Shown here one piece after another: positions 14,120-26,829 of a DNA stretch of 60,120 nucleotides. This DNA is from Macrostomum lignano (Eukaryota). Each line of letters begins with the position of its first letter. The first letter of the stretch is position 1. The stretch is taken from positions 1 through 60,120 of the forward strand of contig NIVC01002624.1 of assembly GCA_002269645.1 (NCBI GenBank), in the 5' to 3' direction. The notes below the pieces were generated by a model. That model ran no database searches and was not told where the DNA came from. It saw nothing but the letters and a program-made list of their open reading frames with translations. Made by a program: the position numbers and the translations under genes.

Positions 14120-14704
14120 ATTAGAGGGGTGGAGAGTCTAGATAGTTTTTATTCCTGAATTATTCGGTAATGAATGCTTTTACTTGTAGTAGGAAGACAG
14201 CAAAATGACTGCATTATTTTAAGGACAAAATAAAGTACATATATAAGCCTATTCGACGGTAGATTCCATCTTCCGATAAACACGTCAGTTACACTAATCG
14301 CGACTTGCTCTGCTTTCTATTTGACATGACAGACGTTTTGTACGAAGGCGTCTAGCAATCGTTCAGACCTGTCAGAATTCTTTCTAAGATGGAGAATCTG
14401 ATGGACTGAAAAAACATCAAGAAATCATTGTCTTTAGAAAGGAAAGAGGCAGCACTGGAAGTAGGCGATGGAGAGATTATGAGGGATTAAGAGGAAGTGC
14501 GTGGTAATCCCTATGGGGATTTCAAGAATCCAACTTTGTCAAATAAAAGCTGACACAAAAACTGCTTTTCTGCGTTGTGACTGTGAGGTCGATGATCATT
14601 ACGCGCTTTGCTAACTATTTTAGCTACTTCGATACATATCGGCATCTGCAATTATTACAATTAACATGTACCGAGTCAAAATATATCAATGCTTTCCACA
14701 AACC

Positions 14705-15050
14705 CACAATCTCAGCTCAATCACTCACAATCTCAGCTCAATCACTCACAATCTCAGCTAAATATCAGCTCAATCACTCACAATCTCAGCTAAATATCAG
14801 CTCAATCATTCACAATCTCAGCTAAATATCAGCTAAATCACACACAATCTCAGCTAAATCACACACAATCTCAGCTAAATATCAGCTAAATCACTCACAA
14901 TCTCAGCTAAATCACTCACAATCTCAGCTAAATCACTCAATCTCAGCTAAATCACACAAAATCTCAGCTAAATCACTCACAATCCCAGCTAAATCACTCA
15001 CAATCTCAGCTAAATCACTCACAATCTCAGCTAAATCACTCACAATCGCA
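14705..15050. repeat. ~21-bp minisatellite (ATCTCAGCTAAATCACTCACA)
   Basis: Direct reading. Confidence 0.92.
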
Positions 15051-15984
15051 CACAAAATCGCACAGGTCAAAAGCCCCTAAACACGCATCAGAACCCCAAA
15101 CTACGAGTATTATTTGCTTATGCTTGCTCCGTTGAAAATCGAAATCCTTTTGCAATTTATACAATAACCTATATAATTCCTTGAGCAGTTTGAGATAAGT
15201 CAAGCAGAGCCTAATAGCTCTCTCACTCCCTGCTTACCAATTTAACCGCCCCCATGCCCCCTTCTTGTCCTGAGACCTGAGAACAATCCATAGCACATGC
15301 CTGTGCTCCACACCCTGCAATGCATATTCTCTCCGCGCTGAGCAACCTTGTGCATACTATACATGCTATACAAAGCATTTTTCTCGATCGATGACTCATT
15401 CAAGCTAGCTATGTTAATCTGCACTGCCTAAGCACACCTTTTCCCAGCGAGAATTTAGGGCCGGCTAGAGATTGTAGGTGTACATTGTATACGGTGTACA
15501 CGCATTGAAGGTACAGCACTCGTACAGTTGTGCTCACTCATTATAGTGTGTTTTTGGGCAAGACAGACAAGCCTCTCTGCTCCGCAGGAACCATAGCTAC
15601 TCATGTGCATGTATTGCTTTCCTCTCCTTATCTGTTCTGTCTCACCTCTCTCTCTCTCTAAACTCTTTCTAAAACCTTCCTCGCTTTGCAACAATACTTT
15701 TTGTTACCATAGTAATCAAGTGCTGAGCTAATGCCTATCTAGGCTTTAGTTAGTGTTGAAACAGCATTTTGTCTGGCTTAATTTTGCATTGATCTGGTGT
15801 GTACATGTAGTGGATACATTTTATTCTAATTGAAATTTCCATTTTAGAATTTTGCTCTTTAAATTTGCTTGCTAAACTTAAGCCTTACGCTTTTGGGGAA
15901 TGGAAATTTATATACTATACTACTTTTACTGTAGTTGCATGCCACTGCGTGCAGTATTGTAGCCTTATACCTTTGCATCCTCTC

Positions 15985-16290
15985 TACTCTCTCCTCTCTG
16001 CTCTCTCCTCTCTACTCTCTCCCCTCTCCTTTCTCCCATCTCCTCTCTACTCTCTCCTCTCTGATCTCTCCTCTCTACTCTCTCCCCTCTCCTTTCTCCC
16101 ATCTCCTCTCTACTCTCTCCTCTCTGATCTCTCCTCTCTACTCTCTCCCCTCTCCTCTCTCCCCTCTCCTCTCTACTCTCTCCTCTCCCTCTCTACTGAT
16201 CTCTCCTCTCTACTCTCTCCTCTCTGCTCTCTCCTCTCTTCCCTCTCCTCTCTCCTCTCTGCGCTCTACTCTCTGCTCTCTACTCTCTCT
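15985..16290. repeat. CT-rich repeat (CTCTACTCTCTCCT-type), left flank of the Penelope element
   Basis: The same units recur at 18215-18540. Confidence 0.9.
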
Positions 16291-16292
16291 AC

Positions 16293-18160
16293 AGCTGTCT
16301 CCAAATTTGTTCGATTCAAGAGACCCAACACTGCTGTTTTCGGTGATGTATCTGAGGTGCACAGTATCTTGGTCAAGAAACAACTTTGTGACAACCGCCG
16401 GAAACTGCGCCATGTACAAACACAAGTCCAGGATATGAAGACGATGCTGAAATCACATCTCGGAGTTGTCTCCTATGCTGCTCTCTGGCACTTGGTGACC
16501 AAGAAGACCAAGGAAAAACTGCGAGCGGATGAGCTGAGATTGGGAAAAAAGCTTCTTGGCTTATGGAGCGACAAGAAGATAAATACTCGAGGAGTCCAGG
16601 CCGTCACCAACCTCTCTAGCTACAAGCCTTCTATCACGGAACTAAACTCTGCAGCATGGTCTACGTAACCCAACGCTACCTAGACGCCTCAACAACTTCA
16701 AGATTGCTGCTGAAATCGAGTCGGGGGTGAGTAGGTGCCTCCAATCGAAATACCTGCTGGGGAAAAACGTGCTGGCACCTAATAGCTTAGGCACCACTTG
16801 ATTGCTGAATTTGATCGTTTTCTCTGTAAAGCTCAGGGTTATGTTAACTCGATTAGAAATAGACTTTTTCACCAAACGATGAGCAAACTGAAGAAAAATG
16901 ATAGTATAAAAGTTATTAGTTATGACAAAGGATACGGTGTTGCCATTATGGATAGTATACTGATTACGTTGACAAGCTTGAAAAGATCGTGCATGATGGT
17001 CAGAAGTTCCATTGCCTTGGGACGGTTGATGAGGTCACGTTGATGTATCCTGTGTTTAAAAGCGAGAGATCTCTGCAAAAGAATTTTTCCATGCTATTAA
17101 TCATATCCATCCTAACATCAAATTCACGACCGAATGTGGAGGAACTAAACTCTCTTTTCTTGACATGGAGATTGATATCAGCAATGACCTGATCGAAACT
17201 AAAGTCTTTAGGAAGCCCAGCTTCACCGGTCTTATGCTGAGATTCGATGCCCTCTGCCCATGGCAATGGAAGAATGGCCTGATTCGCTGCTTTCTGCAGA
17301 GCTTTTCTGATCTGTAGCTCCTGGAAACTGTTTCATGATGAGGTGGAACAGCTTACTGGCCATCTCATTGGGAATGGTTACCCCAAGAACTACGTGTCTC
17401 GCATTATGAACCAGTTTTTAAATAACAAGCTGACTAATCAACACAGCACTCAGGAGGATAATGCTAGAGAAACTAACAGCCCTACGATTGTGTTGCCGTT
17501 TTTCGGCCTATGCTCTATTGAGTTCAAGAAAAAAGTGGAAAAACTGTTCAAAAAAGCCTCAACGTGCAGCTTAGGATCACGTTCCGCACAGAGAAGGTGT
17601 CCCAGTATGTCTGCAACTTGAAGTCCCGTGTGCCTCGGCCTCTCAATGCAGATGTCGTTTATAAATTTCATTGCTCTGGTGACCAGAGTATTTCGTACAT
17701 CGGAAAAACTAAGCGACACTTGTACACCAGGGTCAAGGAGCACTGGACCAAAAGATCTGCTATACAGGAGCACCTTCTCACATGCAACTCATGCTGTAAC
17801 AGCAAACCGATTGATTTATTTAAGATTATCGATTCCTGCCGCCATGAGCACACTTTGAACATCTTAGAGGCTATGTACATCAAAGATCAGAACCCGAGCC
17901 TCAACTGCCAGCTAGCTATGGGGGGTGTCAGCCGCCAACTCAGCGTGTTTCAGCTTGGAGTGTACGCTACTGCACCGTGTGTTAGAACTTGTTTCAATTG
18001 AAAACTACGTACATTAATTTATATTGTGTATTCAACTTATTACAGGTATATTTATTCAACTGTTTATTAAATTTTCAATTTCATTACTGCCCTGACGATG
18101 ACCTACAAGGGTCGAAATGCATTGGCAATTGAATTAAAGTAAATAAAATCAAGTTAATGT
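16293..18160 (+). mobile_element. Degenerate, internally deleted Penelope-like retroelement (RT remnant plus GIY-YIG endonuclease)
   Basis: N-terminal AVTNLSSYK motif; late RT motifs (AINHIHPNIKFT...LSFLDMEI); thumb region (TKVFRKPSFTG, GYPKNYV); GIY-YIG (VVYKFHCSG...YIGKTKRHLYTRVKEH, LNILEAMYIKDQNPSLN). It has several frameshifts and a 3' hammerhead. Confidence 0.9.
18074..18133 (+). ncRNA. Minimal type I hammerhead ribozyme (Penelope 3' end)
   Basis: TGCC-CTGACGA-T-GACCT(ACAA)GGGTC-GAAA-TGCA-TT-GGCA: catalytic core, stem II, palindromic stem III and stem I, extended by TTCAAT/ATTGAA. Confidence 0.8.
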
Positions 18161-18214
18161 TTGTTCTCTCATTCATTTTATTCCTATTTATTAAGCGAGC
18201 TACTCTAACGGAAA

Positions 18215-18540
18215 TTCTCTCCTCTCTACTCTCTCCTCTCTACTCTCTCCTCTCTCCCCTCTCCTCTTTCCCCTCTCCACTCTGCTCTCTGCTCTCTACT
18301 CTCTCCTCTCTACTCTCTCCTCTCTACTCTCTCCTCTCTCCCCTCTCCTCTTTCCCCTCTCCACTCTGCTCTCTCCTCTCTACTCTCTCCTCTCTACTCT
18401 CTCCTCTCTACTCTCTCCTCTCTCCTCTCCCTCTCTACTCTCTTCACTCTGCTCTCTTCCCTCTCATATACCCCCTCTCCTCTGTTCTCTCATATCTCCC
18501 TCTCTCCTCTCTCCTCTCATATCTCCCTCTCTCCTCTTTC
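18215..18540. repeat. CT-rich repeat, right flank of the Penelope element
   Basis: Direct reading. Confidence 0.9.
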
Positions 18541-19671
18541 CTTTATTTTCTCAATATTTCTTCCACCTGTCCCCATCCTAACACAATAATTCTTACGCCC
18601 CTCGATGATTAATCAGGGCATCTTGTTCCCCGGTCACCTGGATCCCGCCCGGCCTTGCATTACGCAGTGTAATAAATTAACTGGGCAGATTCCTAGTCCA
18701 GTCGCTGGGGCTGTTGCCCCCTTTCCACCCGTTACCAGCGTTAGAGTTAATTGCTTCCGGATTAGTCAGTTATCAACGACTAGTATTAACGAGCCAAGTC
18801 CCTTGTATAACTTATCTGCGAGCGTATAGGCAATATGGGAAGTCATCAGATCCGTATCATAAATGTCACATAAACCAAAATGTGTAACGCTGGAACGATA
18901 TTTAAGTTATTAATATACAACTCGTAATGATAGTTTTATGCGCAGCAACAATCATGTTTGCTTGCGGAAATTGTGTCTGATAACTTCCTGTACATTCTCT
19001 TTATAAACTACCTCTTCATCGCTCTACATGTCCCAACCACTCTCTCCCTCTCTCTCTCCCACTCCCTCTCTCTTTCCTTCTCTACATCTCATTCTATTCC
19101 TCTCTCCCTCTCCCTCTCTACCTACTCACAATGACAGTCCCCTTTTCAACTTATCCTCCCTCTTCCTGTCTCACTCTCACCCTTAATTCCATCTCCCCTA
19201 TCCCTTCCACTCCTCTACCTCCCAATCTCTTATGGTTTTACATGCAGCAAAGTCTCAACCTCTACTCCAGTCTCCAACTGCAAGCAAGTGCAACGTACGA
19301 GTATGCGCTGAAAGCAGAAATCCTCGCACCACTTTTACATGCTACCTGCAAACTGCGACACCCTATAAATAAAAAACACTTTGCTACATCAATATTATAA
19401 CAAAGAAAACTTTCCCCCCCCCAAACAGCTGCACAGAATGGCTACAGTCTGTCCGCAATGAAGAGTAACCACACGGTGCAAACTTACACAATATTAACGC
19501 CAGAAATCCAACCCATTAAACAACGTTTCGCTACATTTCAATGAAAAAGTCACCAATTTTCTTCGGTTGCGGAAATGCCGCAAGCTTCGATGGAATGCTC
19601 TAATAAGTTTCATTTGATTTATAATACTGGGACACCGGAATTGTCGGTTTCCGCGTTTAACTAGTGCCTTT

Positions 19672-20116
19672 CAGGTGGCGCCGGTCAGGTAGCGCCGGTC
19701 AGGTGGCGCCGGTCAGGTGGCGCCGATCAGGTGGCGCCGGTCAGGTAGCGACGGTCAGGTAGCGCCGGTCAGGTAGCGCCGATCAGGTGGCGCCGGTCAG
19801 GTAGCGACGGTCAGGTAGCGCCGATCAGGTGGCGCCGATCAGGTATCACCGGTCAGTTAGCGCCAGTCAGGTAGCGCCGGTCAGGTATCACCGGTCAGGT
19901 ATCACCGGTCAGGTAGCGCCGGTCAGGTAGCGCCGGTCAGGTAGCGCCGGTCAGGTAGCGCCGGTCAGGTAGCGCCGGTCAGGTAGCGACGGTCAGATAT
20001 CACCGGTCAGGTAGCGCCGGTCAGGTAGCGCCGGTCAGGTATCACCGGTCAGGTATCACCGGTCAGTTAGCGCCGGTCAGGTAGCGCCGGTCAGGTGGCG
20101 CCGGTCAGGTAGCGCT
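19672..20116. repeat. 15-bp minisatellite (CAGGTAGCGCCGGT+C)
   Basis: Direct reading. Confidence 0.95.
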
Positions 20117-20729
20117 AATCTCAGCAAACTATCTGTTGTACGGTACAAATTAGTAAAAAATCAAAAACGATTTATAAGGCAGTCAGAAATAATTTTATAA
20201 TAAGTAATTAGAATTATAGTACAAACAATTTATTATATCCAGTTTACTTTTCATTGATAGACATGAGATACAAAGATTACTAAGAATTAAAACTATAAAC
20301 GGCATAAACTTGACTCATTTCGCACTCAAATATTTAAGTAATTTCAAGCAATACATGTACTTTGTTTGTGCACAAGTTTTTCGTTAAAATCTAGCAAAAG
20401 TCATGGGTTAACCACTTAAGCCGTTGCTATAGCAACAGATTTTCACAAATATATGTACAAGGCATTGCCTCGGTAATGGCCCAACGTGTGTTAACAACAA
20501 ACAAGTAACATCGAGAAAAAGTTACTAGAAAGAAGGCATTACATGGTAGAAAGCAAAGCTGCACATGTTTAAATAGTAATGAACGCAACAGCATGGCATC
20601 TAAAGTTACTGTAATAGAAAATGCCGCTAAGACATCTGTGCTAAGTGGTTCTGCTACAAGCAACTCGTGGACAAAATCACAGTCAAGCTCCACCCGCTTT
20701 AGTCTATCAGCAATTCTGATGGTTTTCCA

Positions 20730-23700
20730 TCACACCTGACTGCAGAGGCCGTCCACATGGTCAGCGAGGTCGGCCACCGGTGGCGGCGGCAGCGAGCTGT
20801 ACGAGCCGCGGTAGGCGTGGTCGGCGGTCATCTTAGCGGCTGCCTGCCTGCTTAAACTGCTGTACGGACTCTTGCTGAGCAGGATGTCCGGTTGAGCTTC
20901 TGGCTGCTGCAGCTGCAGCTCCGGCGCCTCATGGTGCGTGTACAGCGCCGAGGTGCCGTAGGGATCGAAGTCGCCGACACCGCCTCCGAGTCGACCGTAG
21001 ATGTCGCCGTGGTTGCCGTGGCCGACGAGCTCTTGCAGCTCCTGACGGGTGTAATAGTCCCTCTCTGGCACCATCTGCTGCTGCTGCTGCTGGTGGGCCG
21101 GCAGCGGCGGAGGCTGCTGGGTGAACAGCGAGCCGAACATCTGGTAGTCATCGTAGTTGCTCTGACGGCTCGGGGCTCTGTGCTGCTGCTGCTGCTGTTG
21201 CTGCTGTTGCTTGGGAGGCTTGTTCACTCGGGCGTAGGGATCGTCAATCGAGGACATCTGGATGCCCTGCGGAACCCGGCTCGAGTCGATGCCGCTGTCG
21301 GACGATGAAGCGTTGGGCGAGCCAGGGATGGCCTCGTGCATCTGCAGAGTGTCCTTGAAGGTCACGCGGTTGCCACCTTGCAGAGTCGAGGCTGCAGGAC
21401 CGCCAGCGCCGCTGCCAAGGCCGCCGCGACGCGAGGCGGTAGACGCGCTGCGCTGAAGGCTGCCGCCGCAGACGCCGCTGAACTGGGAGGCGCTGCTCTG
21501 GGTTGAACTGCGCCTCATCTGCTGGTACTTGACCAGCCCGCTGTGGTGCTGCCGCTCCAGCGTGCCGCCGCCGGCGTTGCTGCCACCCAGACCGACAGTG
21601 TAGGAGTTCTCGCTAGCAATGTCCACCTGCTCGGAGATTGTGGGAATCATTGAGATCGCCTCGCCGTTGCCGCGGGACTGCAGGTACATGTACTGGCTGC
21701 TGCCGCCTCGCTTCATGCTGCCAAAATCGGAGTTGGATCTCTGGCGCTGCTGGTGCTGCGGCTGGTGAATCTTCCCGGGAAACTCCAGCTCCAGCCGAAT
21801 GTTGAACTTCCAGTTGGCCTTGAAGCCCAGCAGGAACCAGACGCTGACCCACAGGCTGAGGTAGATTCCACCGGAGACAACGGCTGCCAGCATGGCGGGC
21901 TGCTGGTGGACCCGATAGAGGCCCACCCAGTCCCAGAGCACGGGCGCTTTGCACAGCACGGCGACAACCATCAGCAGGATTCCAGCCAGGTGCGGCGCGT
22001 AGTTCAGCCAGCATGGCGTCTCGTCGTTGCAGCTGCTGATCGATCGATCGCTGACGCTCGATGAGGCTTCAAGCTGTAGGTAGTTCCGGTACTTGCGCAG
22101 GTTTGACAGCATCTGGGCGTAGCCAAACTCGAAGAAGGCGATGTTAGCTACTAGGAGAAGCAGATCGCCGATCGAGTGCAGGGCGATGATAGCCGGCGGC
22201 AGCAGGTTCACCTGGGTGACCACGCCATTGGACATGGAGGCTTTGAACAGCACTGAGGTCGCCTCGTAGGACAGCACAATGTGCAGGCCGCAGACGCAGA
22301 GGATGACGCTGAACATGAAGGCGAATGCGCGGTTGGAGAACCAGAAAGTGGACGGATAGCGGACCAGGAGAATGGCCAAGGCCAGCATCAGGTTGAACAC
22401 CTCCGGGCAGACTGAGTTGGTTGCCGAGGCTTTCGGGTGATAAATGAAGTCCAGATTGGTGCGCCAGATCTCATCTGCAAATATTGTGTGCATAATATGC
22501 ATTATATAATATTACTGTATGTGTTACTATTAGTTAGTCATGCTTTTCATTACGGTTCAGTGGCCTCGTGGGAGCTGTAAAATACTCCAGGGTGAAGGGC
22601 TGCGGGACGTTGGGGCTGGCTTTGTCGGCAAGCCAAAGAAGTCTTTGTTGCTAACGCGCCGCAATGGCAGCCGGGGGAGGGATCATAAAACCGGAGCGTA
22701 TCCCCCTCTGTTGAGGAATTTCAAATCAATCAAAGGCATGTCTGCAGGTTAGACTAAGACAGGGCCTGCAGCTAGCGTTGCTAATATTTCCAAGATGATG
22801 GTAGCTGCCGTCCAGGCACCAACAGGCCAGACATCAAAGCAAGATTTGTGGTCGCTGGGTTCCCGCTACCGCTGACAAACACACCACATGCATACACAGC
22901 AGTCTCGTCAGGGCAGGCGGTGAGGGCAGTGTTTGCAAATGGCATTTTTTCCAGCTTGCTGTTGGGATATGACTCAGTTTAATCCGATCCCAGCTATAAG
23001 GCCGCAACAGAGACCTCCCATAGATAGCAGTGAGTCAGTAACCAGGATTAGGGAGCATTGCTAGAGTCCCCCAAACCAATCAACACAATAAGCAGTTAAA
23101 CTCTACAAACTTCTGAATGAGAAGCGCAGGGTGCAAGCTGGGTGGTTAAAGCCAGTTGCAATAAAAAGCACCTGCAGTTTTTTCAGCCGTGTTTTGTCTT
23201 TTAACTTAGGGGCTGAGGGGAGTCACAGTTCCAGGACAAGCTGAAGACTGCATTGCAGTAATTGGACGAGATTTATCAAGGGCTAGTGATGCTTCGGGAA
23301 AACTTTGCAAAGTTTTGTTTTTCTTTTTTGTGTTTGTGTTGCGTCTTGTGCGATGCGCACGGCCTACCGCGGTGTCTTTGCAAGCTTCCCTTTCAGCAGT
23401 TGAGGTGTGCGAATTCGTGCTGCGGTCGGTGCCTTCTTTGTCGTCAAGAATTTAGAGCATTGCGGGACCGCTTGAACCCATGGACAGTTCAAAAAAGGAC
23501 TCTCTGAACTAGAAAATTTCGCTTCATTCATGGCTGCTCCGGTCTCTTTAGTGCGCATGCGCTTCTCAACCGGATTTGTCTATGGTTAAACCCCATTTTA
23601 GCTGCATGTTGAGCCAGACCTGCTAAAAAGCCCACCATGTGCCACAGGGAAAGGGAGAAGCTACCTTCTTGTATCTGGCGCGGATTATAAGGCAGAGACC

Positions 23701-24010
23701 GAAATGCAAGAAGATAAACTATAGACAGAGATTACGTAATCAGCGGGAACGGCCCCCGAGTCTGTTCTGCGCACGAACGAGAGGAGGAGGAGGACAAGAA
23801 AGAATTTTGCATTGCCGTGTCGCGCTGCCTGCTAACCCCCATGCCTGGCAAGATAAGGATCTTTAATTATACATGGCCTGCTTGATCTGCCTCGACTCTG
23901 CCCTACCTGCCTCCTGCCCAGCTAGAGAGCCGCCACCAGGAAGAAAAATATAGAGCTCTATGATTTTTGTAGTTCAATCTCTTATTATTCTTCTTTCAGG
24001 TAAAAGGATC

Positions 24011-24077
<67 letters not shown>

Positions 24078-24152
24078 AAGGCAGACAGACAGACAGACAC
24101 ACAGACAGACAGACAGACAGACAGACAGAAAGGCAGACAGACAGACAGACAC

Positions 24153-24234
<82 letters not shown>

Positions 24235-24287
24235 AGGCAGACAGACAGACAGACACACAGACAGACACACAGACAGACAGGCAGACA

Positions 24288-24320
<33 letters not shown>

Positions 24321-24323
24321 ACA

Positions 24324-24357
<34 letters not shown>

Positions 24358-24878
24358 TAGACAGACAGGCAGGCAGGCAGGCAGGCAGACACAGGCACAG
24401 GCAACTCACCGCTAGGCCGTTTCGCATGGTGAATCTCGGCAGCCTCTAGCACAGGCATGGGAATGAGCAGGCAGAAGGCCGTCAGCACGTGCAGCAGGCA
24501 GGTGTAGGGCATGAAGTGCCGCCTCAAGCGGCTCATGCAGGTGCCAACGGTGGCCTGGGCACCCGCGCCGCTGCTGGTCTCGGCGATGGCCACCCGCAGG
24601 CAGTCGCGGTCCCGACCGATCTGCACCCCATCTTCAGCGTAGTTGGCGGTCTTGGCCAGCGCGGCGTAGAGAAAGAACGGCAGCAGAAAGACGGTAAGAA
24701 TCATCATGGCCAGGTAGAAATTCATGGGGCTCATGTCCCACTGCTCACGCAGGGCTTTGGCCCTGAATGAGGCGTACCGCTGGAACGCAGAGTAGAGCAG
24801 AAAGGCGTTCAAGGCCAAGACGAGGATGGCGTACCAGATGCGCCACATCTTGTCGAATTTCGCTCTAGTCTTAGCCAT
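20730..24878 (-). CDS. Tincar-like multipass membrane protein, 2 exons, about 737 aa
   Basis: Exons 24878-24410 and 22474-20730 (phase 1). Motifs recalled from the Drosophila tincar family: IWYAILV, FLLPFF..A..KTANYAEDG, EIWRTNLDF, LLVRYPSTFWFSNRAF. A long Q/G/S-rich cytoplasmic tail follows. Confidence 0.75.
24011..24390. repeat. (CAGA)n grading into (CAGG)n, abutting the tincar splice donor
   Basis: Direct reading. Confidence 0.95.
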
Positions 24879-25812
24879 GGCTTGATGAAGTTCAGCTTTC
24901 TGCCAACAAAGCTTGTTGCTTTCAGAAGGTTTGAATTTTATAACTGATTTTCCTTTAGCTCTTAGCAAATAGCTTCTGAAGACTGGGGGGCAGAGGGGGG
25001 CTTTATATATATTCTGATATAAGCTTGTGCATTTCTTTTTTTAGAACCAATCCATGCTAAGTCACCACTGTGGCCCATTCCCTTTCCCAGCTGTGGGTGG
25101 GCGGTCAGAGCAGGAGCATTGGACAATGGGGGTGGCAGTGAGTCATCGCTCTCTCTCTCCCTCCAACACCCCCCAATCTCTCCTATCTCGTCGTCCAAAG
25201 GCCACAGTTTGCCCAGGTAAGGCAGGACAGGAATTTTAGGGCGACGAATGTTACTAAAAATAGTAACAAGGAAGAGGCAGAAAATAATTTCCGAATGGCG
25301 TGCGCTAATCAGACTACTTCTTTGTTGGCTTCAAGTAGAAATTAAAGCAAAAACTGTCGAAGAAGAAGATCGAGTTGAATTCACAGATACTAAAGAATCT
25401 AGATAGACTAGAAATGTACATAGCAATTCAAATTGTAAAGAAGCTGAGAACCTACTCTGTTTTCAATAGTTTGTCTGCGCAGTGTCACTTAAATGTAATC
25501 TGGCAGCTAAAATCTCTTCTTCTTCCTCGAGATTTGCGGCCTCAGAAGCATATGGGGTTAAGAATGAGCAACAAGAATATAACTCGATGTACACAAGTGA
25601 ACGCAAGACGGAAAAAAACTCTGCCTAGGGGGGGGGGCAGTCTAGCTCAGCCAATGAGAGAGCAGTAAGGAGAGAGGTTTAAGTCAGACGGACAAAACTC
25701 AACCTAGGGGGCAGGCCCAATCTGGCTCGGCCAATGACAGAGCAGTAAGGAGAGAGGTTAAAGTCAGGCAGAAGCGGGCCAGAGGAAAGCAAAACTACGT
25801 ACAATTGTACAT

Positions 25813-26244
25813 GTCCTGTGCCTAAAAACCATTAAAATGGCACAGCTCGGCTCCTTGATTTTATGCATGTAGTTTATCACAAGGACTACTTAACTGTTAA
25901 GTAATCCTTGTTTTATCATCGCTGTTACACATATTCTAACACAAAAGTTAAAATCAACATAGATTATAATCAATTCTTTCTACCGACGCGTTTCGGACCA
26001 ACAATGGCCATCTTCATCTTCATCTTCATGGCCACCCTGAAGATGGCCATTGTTGGTCCGAAACGCGTCGGTAGAAAGAATTAATTATAATCTATGTTGA
26101 TTTTAACTTTTGTATTTCTCTGCCTGCTAAAGCGTGCTACCTTACCTCAATTTTATTCTAACACAGTCAGCTAAAAATCATAAAATAGATTCATAAAACC
26201 AATGAGCCGAGCCGTGCCATTTTAATGGTTTTTAGACACAGGAC
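25813..26244. mobile_element. MITE with 41-65 bp terminal inverted repeats, carrying a nested insertion
   Basis: GTCCTGTGCCTAAAAACCATTAAAATGGCACAGCTCGGCTC (25813-25853) is inverted at 26204-26244 with 2 mismatches. Confidence 0.75.
26032..26074 (+). ncRNA. Minimal hammerhead ribozyme inside a TSD-flanked inverted repeat
   Basis: ACC-CTGAAGA-T-GGCCA(TTGT)TGGTC-C-GAAA-CGCG-TC-GGT, with a GTC cleavage triplet and palindromic CGCG stem III. Confidence 0.75.
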
Positions 26245-26829
26245 TAATGACAACTCAAGTCTTGAGTAGTCTTTGATATAGAGTTTCTCATTTAATTGGT
26301 CTACCAGGGGCGATTAGTTGCAGCTTCACGAAGTGCAAATCTTTTTTCAACTTTAAAAAAATGAATATACTCGTAAAGGCAATAAACGCTAATTTTGCTA
26401 CTGAAAATAGAGTAGATGAGCGCAATTTGAATTAAAGTAAACTTGGACTAAGCAAAATTCCAGGAAATGGTTTAGTTTCACCAGAACAGAAATTATAGGC
26501 CTGTATAAGAAATTGCGATTTCCCACGATCGCGAATGGTGTATAGAGCGATACCAGAAATTTATATTTTAAATAGTTAAGCAACCTACACATGGATATCA
26601 TTACATTCCTGCCACAACTGCGAAATTTGTCTTGTCTTGAATTCAATTACGTGGTAGCTTCCACACGTTCTACTGCTATCCAAACACTTATTGATACTGT
26701 GGATAGGAAGTGCGCCTATTTATACTGCTAACTTAGGCCATAATGCAATTTATCATCACTACGCTCGAGTTACAGAAATTTTGATGCATAATTTGATGTT
26801 GTCATCTATCTACAGGCGGTGGAATTTGT

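Noticed and set aside
15865-16668. 267-aa ORF
   Set aside because: Chance fusion of the CT repeat with the Penelope N-terminus.
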